DNA of 64,000 nt from contig CAVYQE010000002.1 in assembly GCA_963770565.1 (NCBI GenBank), positions 544,001 through 608,000 of the forward strand. Reading direction: 5' to 3'. Every line of letters begins with the position of its first letter. The first letter of the stretch is position 1. The notes beneath the pieces were generated by a model, which made no database searches, was not told the origin of the DNA, and saw only the letters and a program-made list of their open reading frames with translations. The position numbers were made by a program, and so were the translations under genes. The stretch comes from an uncultured Actinomycetota bacterium. GTDB lineage: Bacteria; Actinomycetota; Actinomycetes; JAFAQI01. This document shows, piece by piece, positions 1 to 10,044 of this stretch.

Positions 1-40
1 CCATCGGGGTTCGCACCCCGCCGACGAGGTACGCAGCCCG

Positions 41-228
41 CTCGCTCATTGGTGCACCCAAAACGGGCGCACCAATGCGGAGACGCCGATCACATTGGAT
101 CGAGCCACCTTCGCTTCGCTCCGGTACTCGCTCATTGGTCCACCCAAAACGGGCGCACCAATGCGGAGACGCCGATCACATTGGATCGAGCCACCTTCGC
201 TTCGCTCCGGTACTCGCTCATTGGTCCA
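41..228. repeat. 86-bp tandem repeat (2.2 copies), MIRU/REP-like, with internal hairpin
   Basis: Units start at 41, 127 and 213 (partial). The first unit contains CATTGGTGC-ACCC-AAAAC-GGGC-GCACCAATG (inverted repeat; one mismatch in unit 2) and both full units contain TTCGCTTCGCT. Confidence 0.9.
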
Positions 229-235
229 GTGTGGC

Positions 236-748
236 TCAGCGGGTCATGACCAGCGCGGTCGCGATGGCCGCAAGGCCCTCGCCGCGCCCGGTCAGGCCGA
301 GCCCGTCGGTGCTGGTGGCGGCGAGTGACACCGGCGCCCCGACCGACCGCGACAGCGCGTTCTCCGCTTCGACCCGCCGGTCGCCGATCCGGGGCCGTTC
401 ACCGACCAGCTGTACGGCGACATTGCCGATCGCCCAGCCCTCGGCGCCGAGCCGGCGCGCGGTCTCGGCGAGCAGATCGGCGCCGGCAGCATTGGCCCAG
501 CGCGGATCCTCGGTGCCGTACTGAGTGCCCAAGTCTCCGAGCCCGGCCGCCGAGAGCAAGGCGTCACACACCGCGTGGGCGACCACATCGCCGTCGGAGT
601 GCCCGGCCAGGCCGTGCTCGCCCGGCCACATCAGGCAGCAGAGCATCAAGGTCCGGCCGGCCACGAAGGGATGGACGTCGAGCCCGATGCCGATCCGCGG
701 CACCGCCGGCAGCGCACTCGTCAGGGGGACGACATCGTCGGCCATCAT
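236..748 (-). CDS. ispF: 2-C-methyl-D-erythritol 2,4-cyclodiphosphate synthase
   Basis: [37 protein letters not shown] and [15 protein letters not shown] signatures. Confidence 0.97.
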   Translation of the reverse strand: MMADDVVPLTSALPAVPRIGIGLDVHPFVAGRTLMLCCLMWPGEHGLAGHSDGDVVAHAVCDALLSAAGLGDLGTQYGTEDPRWANAAGADLLAETARRLGAEGWAIGNVAVQLVGERPRIGDRRVEAENALSRSVGAPVSLAATSTDGLGLTGRGEGLAAIATALVMTR

Positions 749-1878
749 GCGCTGGCGGGCGCGGTCGCCACCGACGAGCCGGTGACGTGGGCAAACACCA
801 ACCGCCCGTTGGCCGTGATCACGACGCTCGTCACCCGCACGGTGACATCTTTACCTACCAACGGCCTTGCGCGCTCGACCACGACCATCGTGCCGTCGTC
901 GAGATATCCGACCGCCTGGCCGGCCTCGCGGCCGGGCTTGATCAGCTGGACGACGACGTCCTCACCGACGATCACCGGCGGTCGCAGCGCCAGCGACAAG
1001 GCGTGCAGGTTGAGCACCCGGACACCGGTCACTCCCGCGACCTTGGCGAGGTTGCTATCCAGGGTGAGCAGCGAGTAGTCCTTCTCGTGGCAGGTGCGGA
1101 CCAGTTTGGCGTCGACCTCGTCGACGTCGGGCTGGCTGTCCGGAGCCACGACCAGGTCGACGTGGGGCTCGCGGCGCAGCGTCTCGAGCACGTCGAGACC
1201 GCGCCGGCCCCGGGCGCGGCGCAGCGGGTCGGCCGAGTCCGCCAGGTGCTGCAGCTCATCGAGCACCGGCTGGATGACGATCATCCGCCCGTGCAGGAAA
1301 CCGGCCCGCACGACATCGATGATCCGGGCGTCGATCGCGACCGAAGTGTCGATCAGCTTGTCGACCGCCGACGCTGCCTGGCGTCGGGGCGATACACCGG
1401 TCCGGCCGCCGATGATCGCGAGTACGTCGTCCCGCTTGCCGGCGCCGACCCGGAAGCCGGTGTAGCTGATCAGGACCACCACGATCCCGAACAACGCGAT
1501 CGCGACCAGCGGCGGACGGATGAAGAACAGCGGCCAGCCGAACGCGGCACCGAGCACCGCACCACCGACGGCACCGAAGCCGCCCGCGATCAAGGTGTCG
1601 GCAGAGACGTCACGCAGCGCAGCCTCGGTCCGATCCGCGGTTGATGCGGCGGTGCGCCCGAAGATGCCGCCCACGACGTACCCGATCCCCGATCCGAGGA
1701 TGATCGCGACTCCGACCGCGCCGAACGGCCCGAGGACGGAGCCGTGGCCGTGTGCCGCCAGAAGGTGTCCCGCCTCGTAGCCCAGGCCGGCAAAGAAGAT
1801 CACCGTGAGCAGCCGCAAGACCTCGATCAGGCCGGACGGCGCCCGCTTGCGGGTGCGCGAAGGCCGCTGGAGGTTCAC
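745..1878 (-). CDS. Membrane PIN/TRAM domain protein (YacL-like)
   Basis: Four N-terminal TM helices; PIN motifs [17 protein letters not shown] and LLTLDSNL; C-terminal [20 protein letters not shown]...TANGRLVFA; overlaps the ispF start by 4 nt. Confidence 0.92.
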   Translation of the reverse strand: MNLQRPSRTRKRAPSGLIEVLRLLTVIFFAGLGYEAGHLLAAHGHGSVLGPFGAVGVAIILGSGIGYVVGGIFGRTAASTADRTEAALRDVSADTLIAGGFGAVGGAVLGAAFGWPLFFIRPPLVAIALFGIVVVLISYTGFRVGAGKRDDVLAIIGGRTGVSPRRQAASAVDKLIDTSVAIDARIIDVVRAGFLHGRMIVIQPVLDELQHLADSADPLRRARGRRGLDVLETLRREPHVDLVVAPDSQPDVDEVDAKLVRTCHEKDYSLLTLDSNLAKVAGVTGVRVLNLHALSLALRPPVIVGEDVVVQLIKPGREAGQAVGYLDDGTMVVVERARPLVGKDVTVRVTSVVITANGRLVFAHVTGSSVATAPASA

Positions 1879-1888
1879 GCTTAGATGT

Positions 1889-1914
1889 CTCGGCGGATCA
1901 CCCGCGAGACTTCA
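1889..1914 (-). promoter_or_regulatory. Putative sigma-28 (WhiG/FliA) promoter of the PIN/TRAM gene
   Basis: Minus strand TGAA-N16-GCCGAG, 10 nt before the GTG at 1878 (leaderless geometry). Confidence 0.5.
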
Positions 1915-1954
1915 CCCAATCGGGCGATTCGGGCATCCCTGCCAGTCGCGCGGC

Positions 1955-2437
1955 TCAGCCGCTCAGGACCTCATCGAGCAGCGCCTCGGCCTTGTCCTCA
2001 TTGGTGTGCTCGGCGAGCGCGAGCTCGCTGACCAGGATCTGGCGGGCCTTCGCCAACATCCGCTTCTCGCCGGCCGACAGCCCACGCTCGCGGTCACGCC
2101 GCCAGAGGTCACGGACGACCTCGGAGACCTTATTGACGTCGCCGGAGGCGATCTTCTCGACGTTCGCCTTGTAGCGCCTCGACCAGTTGGTCGGCTCCTC
2201 GGTGTGGGGGGCCTTGAGGATCTCGAACACGCGCTCGAGGCCGTCCGCACCCACCACGTCACGGACCCCGACGTACTCGGCGTTGTCCGCTGGAACCCGC
2301 ACTGTCAGATCGCCTTGGGCAACCTTGAGAACCAGGTAGATCCGGTCCTCACCTTTGATGGTTCGGGTCTCAATGGCTTCAATGAGTGCAGCCCCGTGAT
2401 GGGGGTAGACGACCGTCTCACCGACCATGAAAGTCAT
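1955..2437 (-). CDS. carD: RNA polymerase-binding transcription factor CarD
   Basis: [17 protein letters not shown]...NWSRRYKAN...LSAGEKRML; 160 aa from the ATG at 2437. Confidence 0.97.
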   Translation of the reverse strand: MTFMVGETVVYPHHGAALIEAIETRTIKGEDRIYLVLKVAQGDLTVRVPADNAEYVGVRDVVGADGLERVFEILKAPHTEEPTNWSRRYKANVEKIASGDVNKVSEVVRDLWRRDRERGLSAGEKRMLAKARQILVSELALAEHTNEDKAEALLDEVLSG

Positions 2438-2464
2438 GCGCGTGGTTCCCCTTCCGATGGTTCG

Positions 2465-2473
2465 AGGATAGCA
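2465..2473 (-). promoter_or_regulatory. Extended -10 (TGcTATCCT) upstream of carD
   Basis: TGnTANNNT match ~30 nt upstream of the ATG, followed by GGAAGGGG SD. Confidence 0.5.
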
Positions 2474-2633
2474 CGCAGACTGCGCCCCCAGAACCGGCGA
2501 AGTGCGACGAAACCGCAGGTCAGAGGCCTGCCGCGGCCGATCTAGGGGCTTGACAGAAGACCCCCTGACGTGCATCGCGCGAAGATCGCGGGGCGGGCTT
2601 TCGCCATCCGGCGAACGGGCGCATACTGACCCG

Positions 2634-3419
2634 GTGTCGGACGACGAGGACCGTCCGCGCGACGCATCGAGCGCCGCGGATCACGGCTGGTCGGACCCGC
2701 TTGACCGCGATCCCACCGTCGAAGCGGTGGACTGGACCCGCGTCGTCGTACCCGACGACATCAGCTCGCTGACCGCCGACATCCGAGCCCTTCGACGGGA
2801 GCGCCGCCACGCCCGGCTCCGCACTCGGCTGCGCCGGGCCCTGGCCCGGCCGGGCCTACCGTCGCTGAGTGCGATCGCCGCCGTGGTCGCGGGGGTCGCG
2901 ATCGCGGCCACGCTGATCTCGGTGGTCGGCTCGGCCACGTCGAGCAAGAGCCCGGCGGCGGCGCCGCTCGCCCACCCGAACGCGCCGGTCGGCCAGCCGC
3001 GAGGCCTGCTCCCCGGCGTGGCCCTGCAAGCGGCGGACGGCACCTCGGTCGACTCGCGAGCCCTCCGGCCCAGCGTGCTCGCGCTGATCCCGCTGCAGTG
3101 CCAGTGCGTGCCGCTGCTCAATCGGCTCGCCGACGACGCCGCCAGCCAGAGCCTGCCGCTGGTCGTGGTGGCACCGACGCTGCACGACGCCGAGGCCGGC
3201 GCGCTGCCGGGCCGGCTCGACCAGGGCACCACCCGGGTCCTCTACGACCGCTCGGACGCGCTCGCAACCGGCGTGGCCGCATCTGGCCTGACCGTCGTGC
3301 TGCTCGACCGGGACGGAACGATCTTCAGCATCATCCGAGCGCTGGCGCCGAGCGCGCCTTCACCGCTGACCGCCGTGCTTCACCAGATGCTGGCGCAGAA
3401 CCTCCGAGTTAACGGCTGA
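2634..3419 (+). CDS. Hypothetical single-pass membrane protein (possible thioredoxin-like C-terminal fold, CQC motif)
   Basis: [18 protein letters not shown]-terminal motif, one TM helix; GTG lies 6 nt after a CATACT -10 (leaderless). Confidence 0.65.
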   Translation: MSDDEDRPRDASSAADHGWSDPLDRDPTVEAVDWTRVVVPDDISSLTADIRALRRERRHARLRTRLRRALARPGLPSLSAIAAVVAGVAIAATLISVVGSATSSKSPAAAPLAHPNAPVGQPRGLLPGVALQAADGTSVDSRALRPSVLALIPLQCQCVPLLNRLADDAASQSLPLVVVAPTLHDAEAGALPGRLDQGTTRVLYDRSDALATGVAASGLTVVLLDRDGTIFSIIRALAPSAPSPLTAVLHQMLAQNLRVNG

Positions 3420-3450
3420 GCCCCGAAACACCCGCGGCCGGGTCTCTGCG

Positions 3451-4311
3451 GTGAGCCCATCCGCCGCCGCCCCGACCGGCGCCCGGCAGCGACTGATCGC
3501 GCTCATCCGCGCGACCCACCCACTGCCCTGCGTCGCGGTAACCGCGCTCGCGACCGCGCTAGCGATCGCCGCCGGCATCCACGGCCGCAGTGCACTGCTT
3601 GCGGCCGCCGTGCTTTGCGGGCAGGTGTCGGTCGGCTGGTCCAACGACGCGATCGACGCCCCGCTGGACATCAAAGCCGGCCGGGCCGACAAGCCGATCG
3701 CCACGGCCGCGATCTCGCGGCGCACGGTCGGCAGGTGCGCTGCGGTCGCCCTCGCGGCCGACATCCCGTTGTCGCTCGCGCTCGGCTGGCGCGCGGGGGT
3801 CGCGCACCTCGCGGCAGTCGCACTGGCCTGGTCCTACAACGCGGGAATCAAGCGGACCGTCCTGAGCGTGCTGCCCTACACGATCGCGTTCGGCCTGGTG
3901 CCCGTCGTCGTGGCCGCCATGCTGCCCGGCGCGCCCTGGCCCAGGCTCGCGCTGGTCGTGGCCGGCGGCGGCTGCGGCGCGGCCGCGCATTTCGCCAACA
4001 CCGTCGGCGACACCGCTGAGGATGCGATGACCGGCGTACTCGGGCTGCCCCAGCGATTCGGGCCGGCGGCCTCGACCGTCATCGCGGGCGGCTTCGTCGC
4101 GGTCGCCGTCGTCAGCGTCCTGATCGCCGCCGGAGCGACCGCGCTGACCGTGAGCGCCGCGGTCATCGACGTCGCGATCGCCGCGGCGCTCCCGCTGGCG
4201 ATCCGGGTGCCTCGGTCGCGACGCTTCGCCTTCCGTCTGGTCATCGCCGCCGTCGCGATCCTCGTCGTGGCGTTCGTGGTCAGCGGGGGATCGCACCTCA
4301 CCTCCGGCTGA
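3451..4311 (+). CDS. UbiA family prenyltransferase
   Basis: GQVSVGWSNDAIDAPLDIKAGRADKPI Asp-rich motif, HFANTVGD..ED, multiple TM helices. Confidence 0.88.
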   Translation: MSPSAAAPTGARQRLIALIRATHPLPCVAVTALATALAIAAGIHGRSALLAAAVLCGQVSVGWSNDAIDAPLDIKAGRADKPIATAAISRRTVGRCAAVALAADIPLSLALGWRAGVAHLAAVALAWSYNAGIKRTVLSVLPYTIAFGLVPVVVAAMLPGAPWPRLALVVAGGGCGAAAHFANTVGDTAEDAMTGVLGLPQRFGPAASTVIAGGFVAVAVVSVLIAAGATALTVSAAVIDVAIAAALPLAIRVPRSRRFAFRLVIAAVAILVVAFVVSGGSHLTSG

Positions 4312-4430
4312 CCGCGTGTTTTGGCGGGGTACGACGGGCCTGACCGGACCCGGTCAGTACGCTGACCGCACTGTCGATGCCGCGCTCACCGCGGGGTGCT
4401 CGGAACCTGTCCGTCAAGGAGAGCAGTGTG

Positions 4431-4994
4431 ATGTTGCGCCGCGCGGTCGCGGGCACCGCGTTCGCCGCCAGCGCCTTGTTGCTGACTGCCTGCGGCTTCC
4501 AGTCGCCGGACGTCGAGACCTCCGAACACGCCTCGGTCCAAGCCGTCGACTTCACCGTGGGCACGGTCGAGATCGCCGACGCCGCGATCACCTCGACCAC
4601 CTCGAACGGCGTCCCGAGCTACTGGCTGCAGGCCACCTTCGTCAACACGGGCAGCACCAGCGACACGCTGACCGGCGCGACCACACCGAACGGCACCCTG
4701 TCGATCAGCTCGGGCGAGGCCGTCGGCACCAGCCTCACCCTGCCGCCCGGCATCCCGGTCGTGGTGCTCACCCCGGCCGCCGGAACGAGCGGGCCGGCGA
4801 TCAGCGCAGCCATCTCGCCATCGCCTCAGCTCGGCGGATATGTGCCGATCACCTTCACCTTCACCGACGCCGGTACTTCGGGCCCGATCCAGGTGCCCGC
4901 CATCCCGGCCGGTGAGACGACGGCCGCTACCCAGCCGGTGCCGAGCGGCACCGCGTCGGTGCCGGCAGTCGAGGGCCAGAGCGCCGGCGACTGA
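4431..4994 (+). CDS. Lipoprotein, LpqE/PCu(A)C-like
   Basis: Lipobox LLTAC; NTGSTSDTLTG and GGYVPITFTFTDAG motifs; usual position near carD; AAGGAGAG SD. Confidence 0.75.
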   Translation: MLRRAVAGTAFAASALLLTACGFQSPDVETSEHASVQAVDFTVGTVEIADAAITSTTSNGVPSYWLQATFVNTGSTSDTLTGATTPNGTLSISSGEAVGTSLTLPPGIPVVVLTPAAGTSGPAISAAISPSPQLGGYVPITFTFTDAGTSGPIQVPAIPAGETTAATQPVPSGTASVPAVEGQSAGD

Positions 4995-4998
4995 CGGC

Positions 4999-5745
4999 TC
5001 AGCGGCCCTGCTGCTTGACCGCCTCGATCGACGTCGCGGCTGCATCGGGGTCCAGATACTGACCGCCTGACGAAATCGGCCGGAGCTGATCGTCGAGGTC
5101 GTAGCGCAACGGGATCCCGGTCGGGATGTTGAGCCCGGGGATCTCGCCGTCTGAGATGTCGTCGAGGTGTTTGACGAGGGCGCGCAGAGAGTTGCCGTGC
5201 GCGGCGATCAGGACGGTCGCACCGCTGCGCAGGTCGGGCACGATCGCGTCATCCCAGTACGGCAGCATCCGCTCGACCACGTCCTTGAGGCACTCGCTGC
5301 GCGGCACCACCTCGGGCGGCAGGCCGGCGTACCTCGGGTCGTGGGCCTGCGAGAACTCCGCGTCGGCCGCGATCTGTGGCGGCGGTGTGTCGTAGGAGCG
5401 GCGCCAGATCATGAATTGCTCGTCGCCGTACTCCTCGCGGATCTGCGCCTTGTTCTTGCCCTGCAGGTCGCCGTAGTGCCGCTCGTTGAGCCGCCAGCTG
5501 CGGCGGACCGGAATCCACTCGCGGTGGCACGCGGCGAGAGCGTCCTGAGCGGTCGAGATCGCCCGGCGCAGCAGCGAGGTGTGCAGGAGGTCGGGCAGCA
5601 ACCCGTGCTCGCTGAGCAGCTCGCCGGCCCGGACCGACTCGGCCCGGCCCTTGTCCGACAGCGCTACATCGACCCATCCGGTGAACCGGTTGGCCGCGTT
5701 CCACTCGCTCTCGCCGTGGCGGAGGAGCACCAGAGTCCCGGTCAT
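4999..5745 (-). CDS. gpmA: 2,3-bisphosphoglycerate-dependent phosphoglycerate mutase
   Basis: [40 protein letters not shown]. Confidence 0.97.
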   Translation of the reverse strand: MTGTLVLLRHGESEWNAANRFTGWVDVALSDKGRAESVRAGELLSEHGLLPDLLHTSLLRRAISTAQDALAACHREWIPVRRSWRLNERHYGDLQGKNKAQIREEYGDEQFMIWRRSYDTPPPQIAADAEFSQAHDPRYAGLPPEVVPRSECLKDVVERMLPYWDDAIVPDLRSGATVLIAAHGNSLRALVKHLDDISDGEIPGLNIPTGIPLRYDLDDQLRPISSGGQYLDPDAAATSIEAVKQQGR

Positions 5746-6299
5746 TGGTCGCCATCCTGTCGCACTGCCGAATCTGACGGCGGTCGGAGCCGTCGGCCGT
5801 TTGCCGGGTCGGCGAATCCCGCGAAGGCGGCCAGGTTGGCCAGCGACTCGCCGCGCTTCACCCGCCAGTCCCACTCCCGCTCGATCGAGGACCGGAAGCC
5901 GATCTCTAGCGCGGCGTCGAACCACTCGTCGGAGTACGTCATCACCGAGCCGAGCACCCGGTCGATCTCGTCCGGCTCGATCGCGGACAGCGGCAGCCGC
6001 CCGACGATGTAGACGTCGCCGTGATGATCGACCGAGAAGGCGACGGCGTACATCTTCGCGTTGCGCTCGAGCAGCCAGCGATAGAACCGCTCCTGTGCCT
6101 CGTCGGGGCGCCGGCAGAAGAACGCCTCGACGTGCAATGAGTGATCCCCGATGACCAGCCAGGTCACCGTCGCGAGCTTGTGAGTGCCCGGCAGACGAAC
6201 GACGAAAGCCCCCGGCTCGGGCTGCTCGAACTCCAGCTCACGGTCACGCAGAGTGGCGGCAATGACCTCCGCCCGCGCCGCAGTGTCGGCCGCGGTCAT
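5742..6299 (-). CDS. YbjN domain protein (Rv0487-like)
   Basis: [17 protein letters not shown]...[15 protein letters not shown]; conserved position between mshA and gpmA. Confidence 0.85.
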   Translation of the reverse strand: MTAADTAARAEVIAATLRDRELEFEQPEPGAFVVRLPGTHKLATVTWLVIGDHSLHVEAFFCRRPDEAQERFYRWLLERNAKMYAVAFSVDHHGDVYIVGRLPLSAIEPDEIDRVLGSVMTYSDEWFDAALEIGFRSSIEREWDWRVKRGESLANLAAFAGFADPANGRRLRPPSDSAVRQDGDQ

Positions 6300-7537
6300 A
6301 GCGCCGAGTAGACCTCGAGCACGCGATCAACGGTGGCCGACCAGCCGAACCGGCTCGCGTGCTCGACCGAACCACGCGCCAGCCGGGCGCGATGGCCGGG
6401 GTCACGGACGATCCGACCCACCGCGGTCGCGTAGTCGGCGGGATCGTGCCCGTCGATCAGCGTGCCTGACACACCGTCGCTGACCGCGGTCAGCAGGCCG
6501 CCGACCCGCGCGGCGACCACCGGCGTGCCGCAGGCCTGCGACTCGACCGCGACCAGGCCGAACGACTCGTTGTAGGACGGCACGATGGTCACGTCGGCCG
6601 CGCGGTAGTAGTCGGCCAGCACCGCCTGCGGCGCGGGCCGCTCGAACCAGACCAGGTCGGCGATCCCGAGGGTGCCGGCCAGTTTGCTCAGGTGCTCGGG
6701 CTCGGCCAGGCCGCTGCCGGACGGACCGCCTACGACCGCGACCACCAGCCGGTCGCGCAGGCCCGGGTCGGCGGCGAGCAGCTCGGCCGCGGCCCGGAGC
6801 ACTACGTCCGGCGCCTTCAACGGCTGGATCCGCCCGACGAACAGCAGCACGACCGCGTCGACCGGGATCCCGAGCCGCGCCCTCGACTGGTACTGGTCGC
6901 CCGGCGCGAACACCTCGAGGTCGACCCCGGGCGCCACCGTGACCACCCGGGCGGGATCGGCGTTGTAGAGCTCGACCAGCTGATCGGCTTCCTCACCAGT
7001 CGAGGCAAGCAGCCGGTCGGCCGCCGCAACCACCTGGAGCTCACCGATCGCGCGCATCGCCGGCTCGGGCGAGTCGCCCTCGGCGAGCAGCGCGTTCTTG
7101 ACCTTCGCCATCGTGTGCATCGAGTGCACGAGCGGCACGCCCCACCGCTCCTTGGCCAGCCAACCGACCTGACCGGACAGCCAGTAGTGCGAGTGCACGA
7201 CGTCGTACCAGCCGGGCTCGTGCAGCGCCTCCTCGCGCATCACGCCGCTGGTGAACGCACAGAGCTGAGCCGGCAGGTCGTTCTTGTCGAGGCCTTCATA
7301 AGGGCCGGCGGTGATGTGCCGCACGGTCACGCCGGGCACGAACTCGACCGTCGGCGGCAGCTCGCTGCTGGTCGCCCGGGTGAAGATCTCCATCTCGATG
7401 CCGCGGTCGGCCAACCGCTTCGCCACTTCGTTGACATAGACGTTCAAGCCGCCGGCATCGCCGCACCCGGGCTGGTCGAGCGGGGACGTGTGCACCGACA
7501 GCATCGCGACCCGCCGCGGCACCGCCATGGCATCCAT
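6296..7537 (-). CDS. mshA: D-inositol-3-phosphate glycosyltransferase
   Basis: [52 protein letters not shown]. Confidence 0.96.
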   Translation of the reverse strand: MDAMAVPRRVAMLSVHTSPLDQPGCGDAGGLNVYVNEVAKRLADRGIEMEIFTRATSSELPPTVEFVPGVTVRHITAGPYEGLDKNDLPAQLCAFTSGVMREEALHEPGWYDVVHSHYWLSGQVGWLAKERWGVPLVHSMHTMAKVKNALLAEGDSPEPAMRAIGELQVVAAADRLLASTGEEADQLVELYNADPARVVTVAPGVDLEVFAPGDQYQSRARLGIPVDAVVLLFVGRIQPLKAPDVVLRAAAELLAADPGLRDRLVVAVVGGPSGSGLAEPEHLSKLAGTLGIADLVWFERPAPQAVLADYYRAADVTIVPSYNESFGLVAVESQACGTPVVAARVGGLLTAVSDGVSGTLIDGHDPADYATAVGRIVRDPGHRARLARGSVEHASRFGWSATVDRVLEVYSAL

Positions 7538-7611
7538 CCTGCCCGATCCGGCGACGACACCGAAAATCCCCGGCTATCTGCCACCGTTTGTTCACTCCGT
7601 AGTCTCGTGGC

Positions 7612-8358
7612 GTGACCCGTGGACTTGCCGTCGTGACCGGCGCCAGCAGTGGGATCGGCGCGGCCACCGCGCGGCGACTCGTGACCGAGGGGTACGACGT
7701 GATCGCCGCGGCCCGCCGCGGCGATCGGCTGGCGGCGCTCGCTGAGGAGACCGGGGCGCGGGCCGTCGTACTTGACGTCACCGACGAGACGTCGGTTCGG
7801 GCGCTGGCGGCCTCGATCGAGCGGTGCAACGTGCTGGTCAACAACGCTGGCGGCGCGTTCGGCCTGGCGCCGATCGGAGCCGCCGACGATGCCGACTGGC
7901 AGCGGATGTGGGACGTCAACGTCATGGGCACGATGCGGATGACCCGGGCGTTGCTCCCGCAGCTCGAGGCCAGCGGCGACGGCGTGATCGTCAACCTGAC
8001 CTCCACCGCCGGGCACGGCGTCTACGAGAACGGCGGCGGCTACGCGGCGGCGAAGTTCGCCGAGCGCGCCCTCACCGAGACCCTCCGGCTCGAGCTGTGC
8101 GGCAAGCCGATCCGGATCGTTGAGGTGGCGCCCGGAATGGTCGAGACCGAAGAGTTCTCGTTGAACCGGCTCGGTGGTGACGCCGCGGCCGCCGCGGCGG
8201 TGTATGCCGGCGTACCGGGCCCGCTGAGCGCCGACGACGTCGCCGACTGCATCGCGTGGGCCGCCACCCGGCCGTGGAACGTCAACATCGATCTGCTCGT
8301 TGTGCGCCCGCGTGCACAGGCCGCGGCGCACAAGGTCTTCCGGGAGAGTGTCGGTTGA
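7612..8358 (+). CDS. SDR family NAD(P)-dependent oxidoreductase (YdfG-like)
   Basis: TGASSGIG, NNAG, YAAAK; divergent from mshA. Confidence 0.92.
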   Translation: MTRGLAVVTGASSGIGAATARRLVTEGYDVIAAARRGDRLAALAEETGARAVVLDVTDETSVRALAASIERCNVLVNNAGGAFGLAPIGAADDADWQRMWDVNVMGTMRMTRALLPQLEASGDGVIVNLTSTAGHGVYENGGGYAAAKFAERALTETLRLELCGKPIRIVEVAPGMVETEEFSLNRLGGDAAAAAAVYAGVPGPLSADDVADCIAWAATRPWNVNIDLLVVRPRAQAAAHKVFRESVG

Positions 8359-8790
8359 GCAGCGACCACAGCCACGTCGTCAACAACGGCAAGCGCGACC
8401 TCACCATCGAAGAGCTTCGCCCTCATGCAGCCCGGCATGGATCGCCTGATGGCCGAGATCGGGCATCGCGTGCACCGGCTCTACTACGCGGCGCAAGCCG
8501 GCAACTGGAAGCTCGCCGAGTACTTCTACAACTCGACGGTCAAGCAACTGAAACTGTGCGCGACCAGCCGGCCGAAGTACGCCGCCGACATGGCCGCCTT
8601 CATCGACGACGACTGCACGCCCTTGCGCGAGGCGCTGCGCGAGCGCAACGCCGGAGCATTCGAGAAGGCGTACGACGCCTTCGTCGACCGCGCCAACCAC
8701 TATCACGACGTCTGGAAGAAGCCGTGGCTGCACTGGGTTACCCCTGCGTCACCTCCTGACGACCTCGACCTCAGAGCGGGAATCGAATGA
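8355..8790 (+). CDS. Hypothetical helical protein, apparently split by a 1-nt insertion near 8415-8418
   Basis: The TTG overlapping the SDR stop reads LSSDHSHVVNNGKRDLTIEEL; the +1 frame continues ALMQPGMDRLMAEIGHR... to 8790. The uninterrupted ORF is 8425-8790. Confidence 0.65.
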
Positions 8791-9518
8791 CCGCACCCTC
8801 ATACGCCGAGCTGGTGACCGCACTTCGTCGCGAGGGCGAAGGTTTGGTGGCCGCAGCCGGGATGGGCCTCGACGCCGATGTTCCGGCCTGCTCCGGATGG
8901 GACGTGCGCGCTCTGGTCGATCACGTCTCCCGGGTCTATGCGCGGATCGGTCGGATCGTCTCGACCCGGGCCACCGAGCAGCCACCGGCCGGCACTGAGA
9001 TCCCCGCCGGCGAACCGGTGACAGTGTTGAGCGAGCTGCTCGACGAGCTGGTCGCCGAGCTCTCGGACTGCGATCCGCAGACGCCGCTGTGGAACTGGCT
9101 GCCCGGCACCCCCCAGGTCGCGACCTTCTGGGCGCGCCGGATGGCGCAGGAGTCGGCGGTGCACCGTTTCGACGCCCAGGCCGCGCACGGTGTCATGCAG
9201 CCGATCGACGCGGAGCTGGCCGGCGACGGCATCGACGAGCTGATCGATGTGATCGCGGGCCGGGTCTATAGCCGGGACGACGTCACCGGCCCGACCGGCA
9301 CGGTCCGCCTGCAGTCGACCGACGACGAAACCTGGCTGATCCAGCTGGAGCCGGACGGCGTGCGCCGGCTCGATGCGGTCCGGGAGCCGGACGCCGTCGT
9401 CAGCGGCACCGCAAGCGCGCTGCTGCTCGCGGCCTACGCCCGGGTGCCCTGGACCTCACTCGACCTCACCGGTGACGCCGACCTGCTCGACCGCTGGTCC
9501 GCGGCGCTGAACTTCTGA
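8787..9518 (+). CDS. Mycothiol-dependent maleylpyruvate isomerase family (MDMPI/DinB-like) protein
   Basis: VPACSGWDVRALVDH, FWARRMAQESAVHRFDA, LAGDGIDE. Confidence 0.88.
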   Translation: MTAPSYAELVTALRREGEGLVAAAGMGLDADVPACSGWDVRALVDHVSRVYARIGRIVSTRATEQPPAGTEIPAGEPVTVLSELLDELVAELSDCDPQTPLWNWLPGTPQVATFWARRMAQESAVHRFDAQAAHGVMQPIDAELAGDGIDELIDVIAGRVYSRDDVTGPTGTVRLQSTDDETWLIQLEPDGVRRLDAVREPDAVVSGTASALLLAAYARVPWTSLDLTGDADLLDRWSAALNF

Positions 9519-9525
9519 CGCAGGA

Positions 9526-10044
9526 CTAGGGCAACCGCTCGAAGGCGCGCGCGAACTCGTCGTAGGCCTCCTGGCCGAACAACACGAACCGCACCTCGGC
9601 GACGAAGGTCGTCGGCGTCGACGCCACGGTCGACACCGCGATCTCCGCGGCCGAGTCGATCGGCCATCCGAAGATTCCGGCTGAGACGGCAGGAAACGCG
9701 ACACTGCCGGCCCGCAACTCGTCGGAAGCCTTCAACGCCTCGCGGTAGCAGGAGGCGAGCTGCGCCGACCGATCCTCCAACCGGGAGAACACCGGGCCGA
9801 CGACATGGACCACCCAGCGACAACGCATGTCCCCGGCAATCGTCGCGGCAGCCCGACCGGTGTCCAGCGATCCGATCCGCCGCCGCAGCTCGCGCCGCGC
9901 CGCAAGCTGCTCATCGCCCCCGGCCCGCAGGATTGCGCCGTCGACACCGCCGCCACCCAGCAGACCGCTGTTCGCCGCGTTGACGACCACGTCGGTGTCC
10001 TGCTCGACGATGTCGCCGAGGTACAGGGAAATCTGCGGCGCCAC
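9526..10044 (-). CDS. Macro domain O-acetyl-ADP-ribose deacetylase (YmdB-like)
   Basis: GDI, VVNAANSGLLGGGGVDGAI, HVVGP, AFPAVSAGIFGWP. Confidence 0.93.
   Translation of the reverse strand: MAPQISLYLGDIVEQDTDVVVNAANSGLLGGGGVDGAILRAGGDEQLAARRELRRRIGSLDTGRAAATIAGDMRCRWVVHVVGPVFSRLEDRSAQLASCYREALKASDELRAGSVAFPAVSAGIFGWPIDSAAEIAVSTVASTPTTFVAEVRFVLFGQEAYDEFARAFERLP

Noticed and set aside
41-228. CRISPR array, or coding ORFs 49-249 and 95-328
   Set aside because: Whole units repeat with no spacers; the ORFs are just translations of the repeat.
745-1878. Toxin-antitoxin (VapC) call for the PIN protein
   Set aside because: It has a membrane PIN/TRAM YacL-type architecture and no antitoxin.
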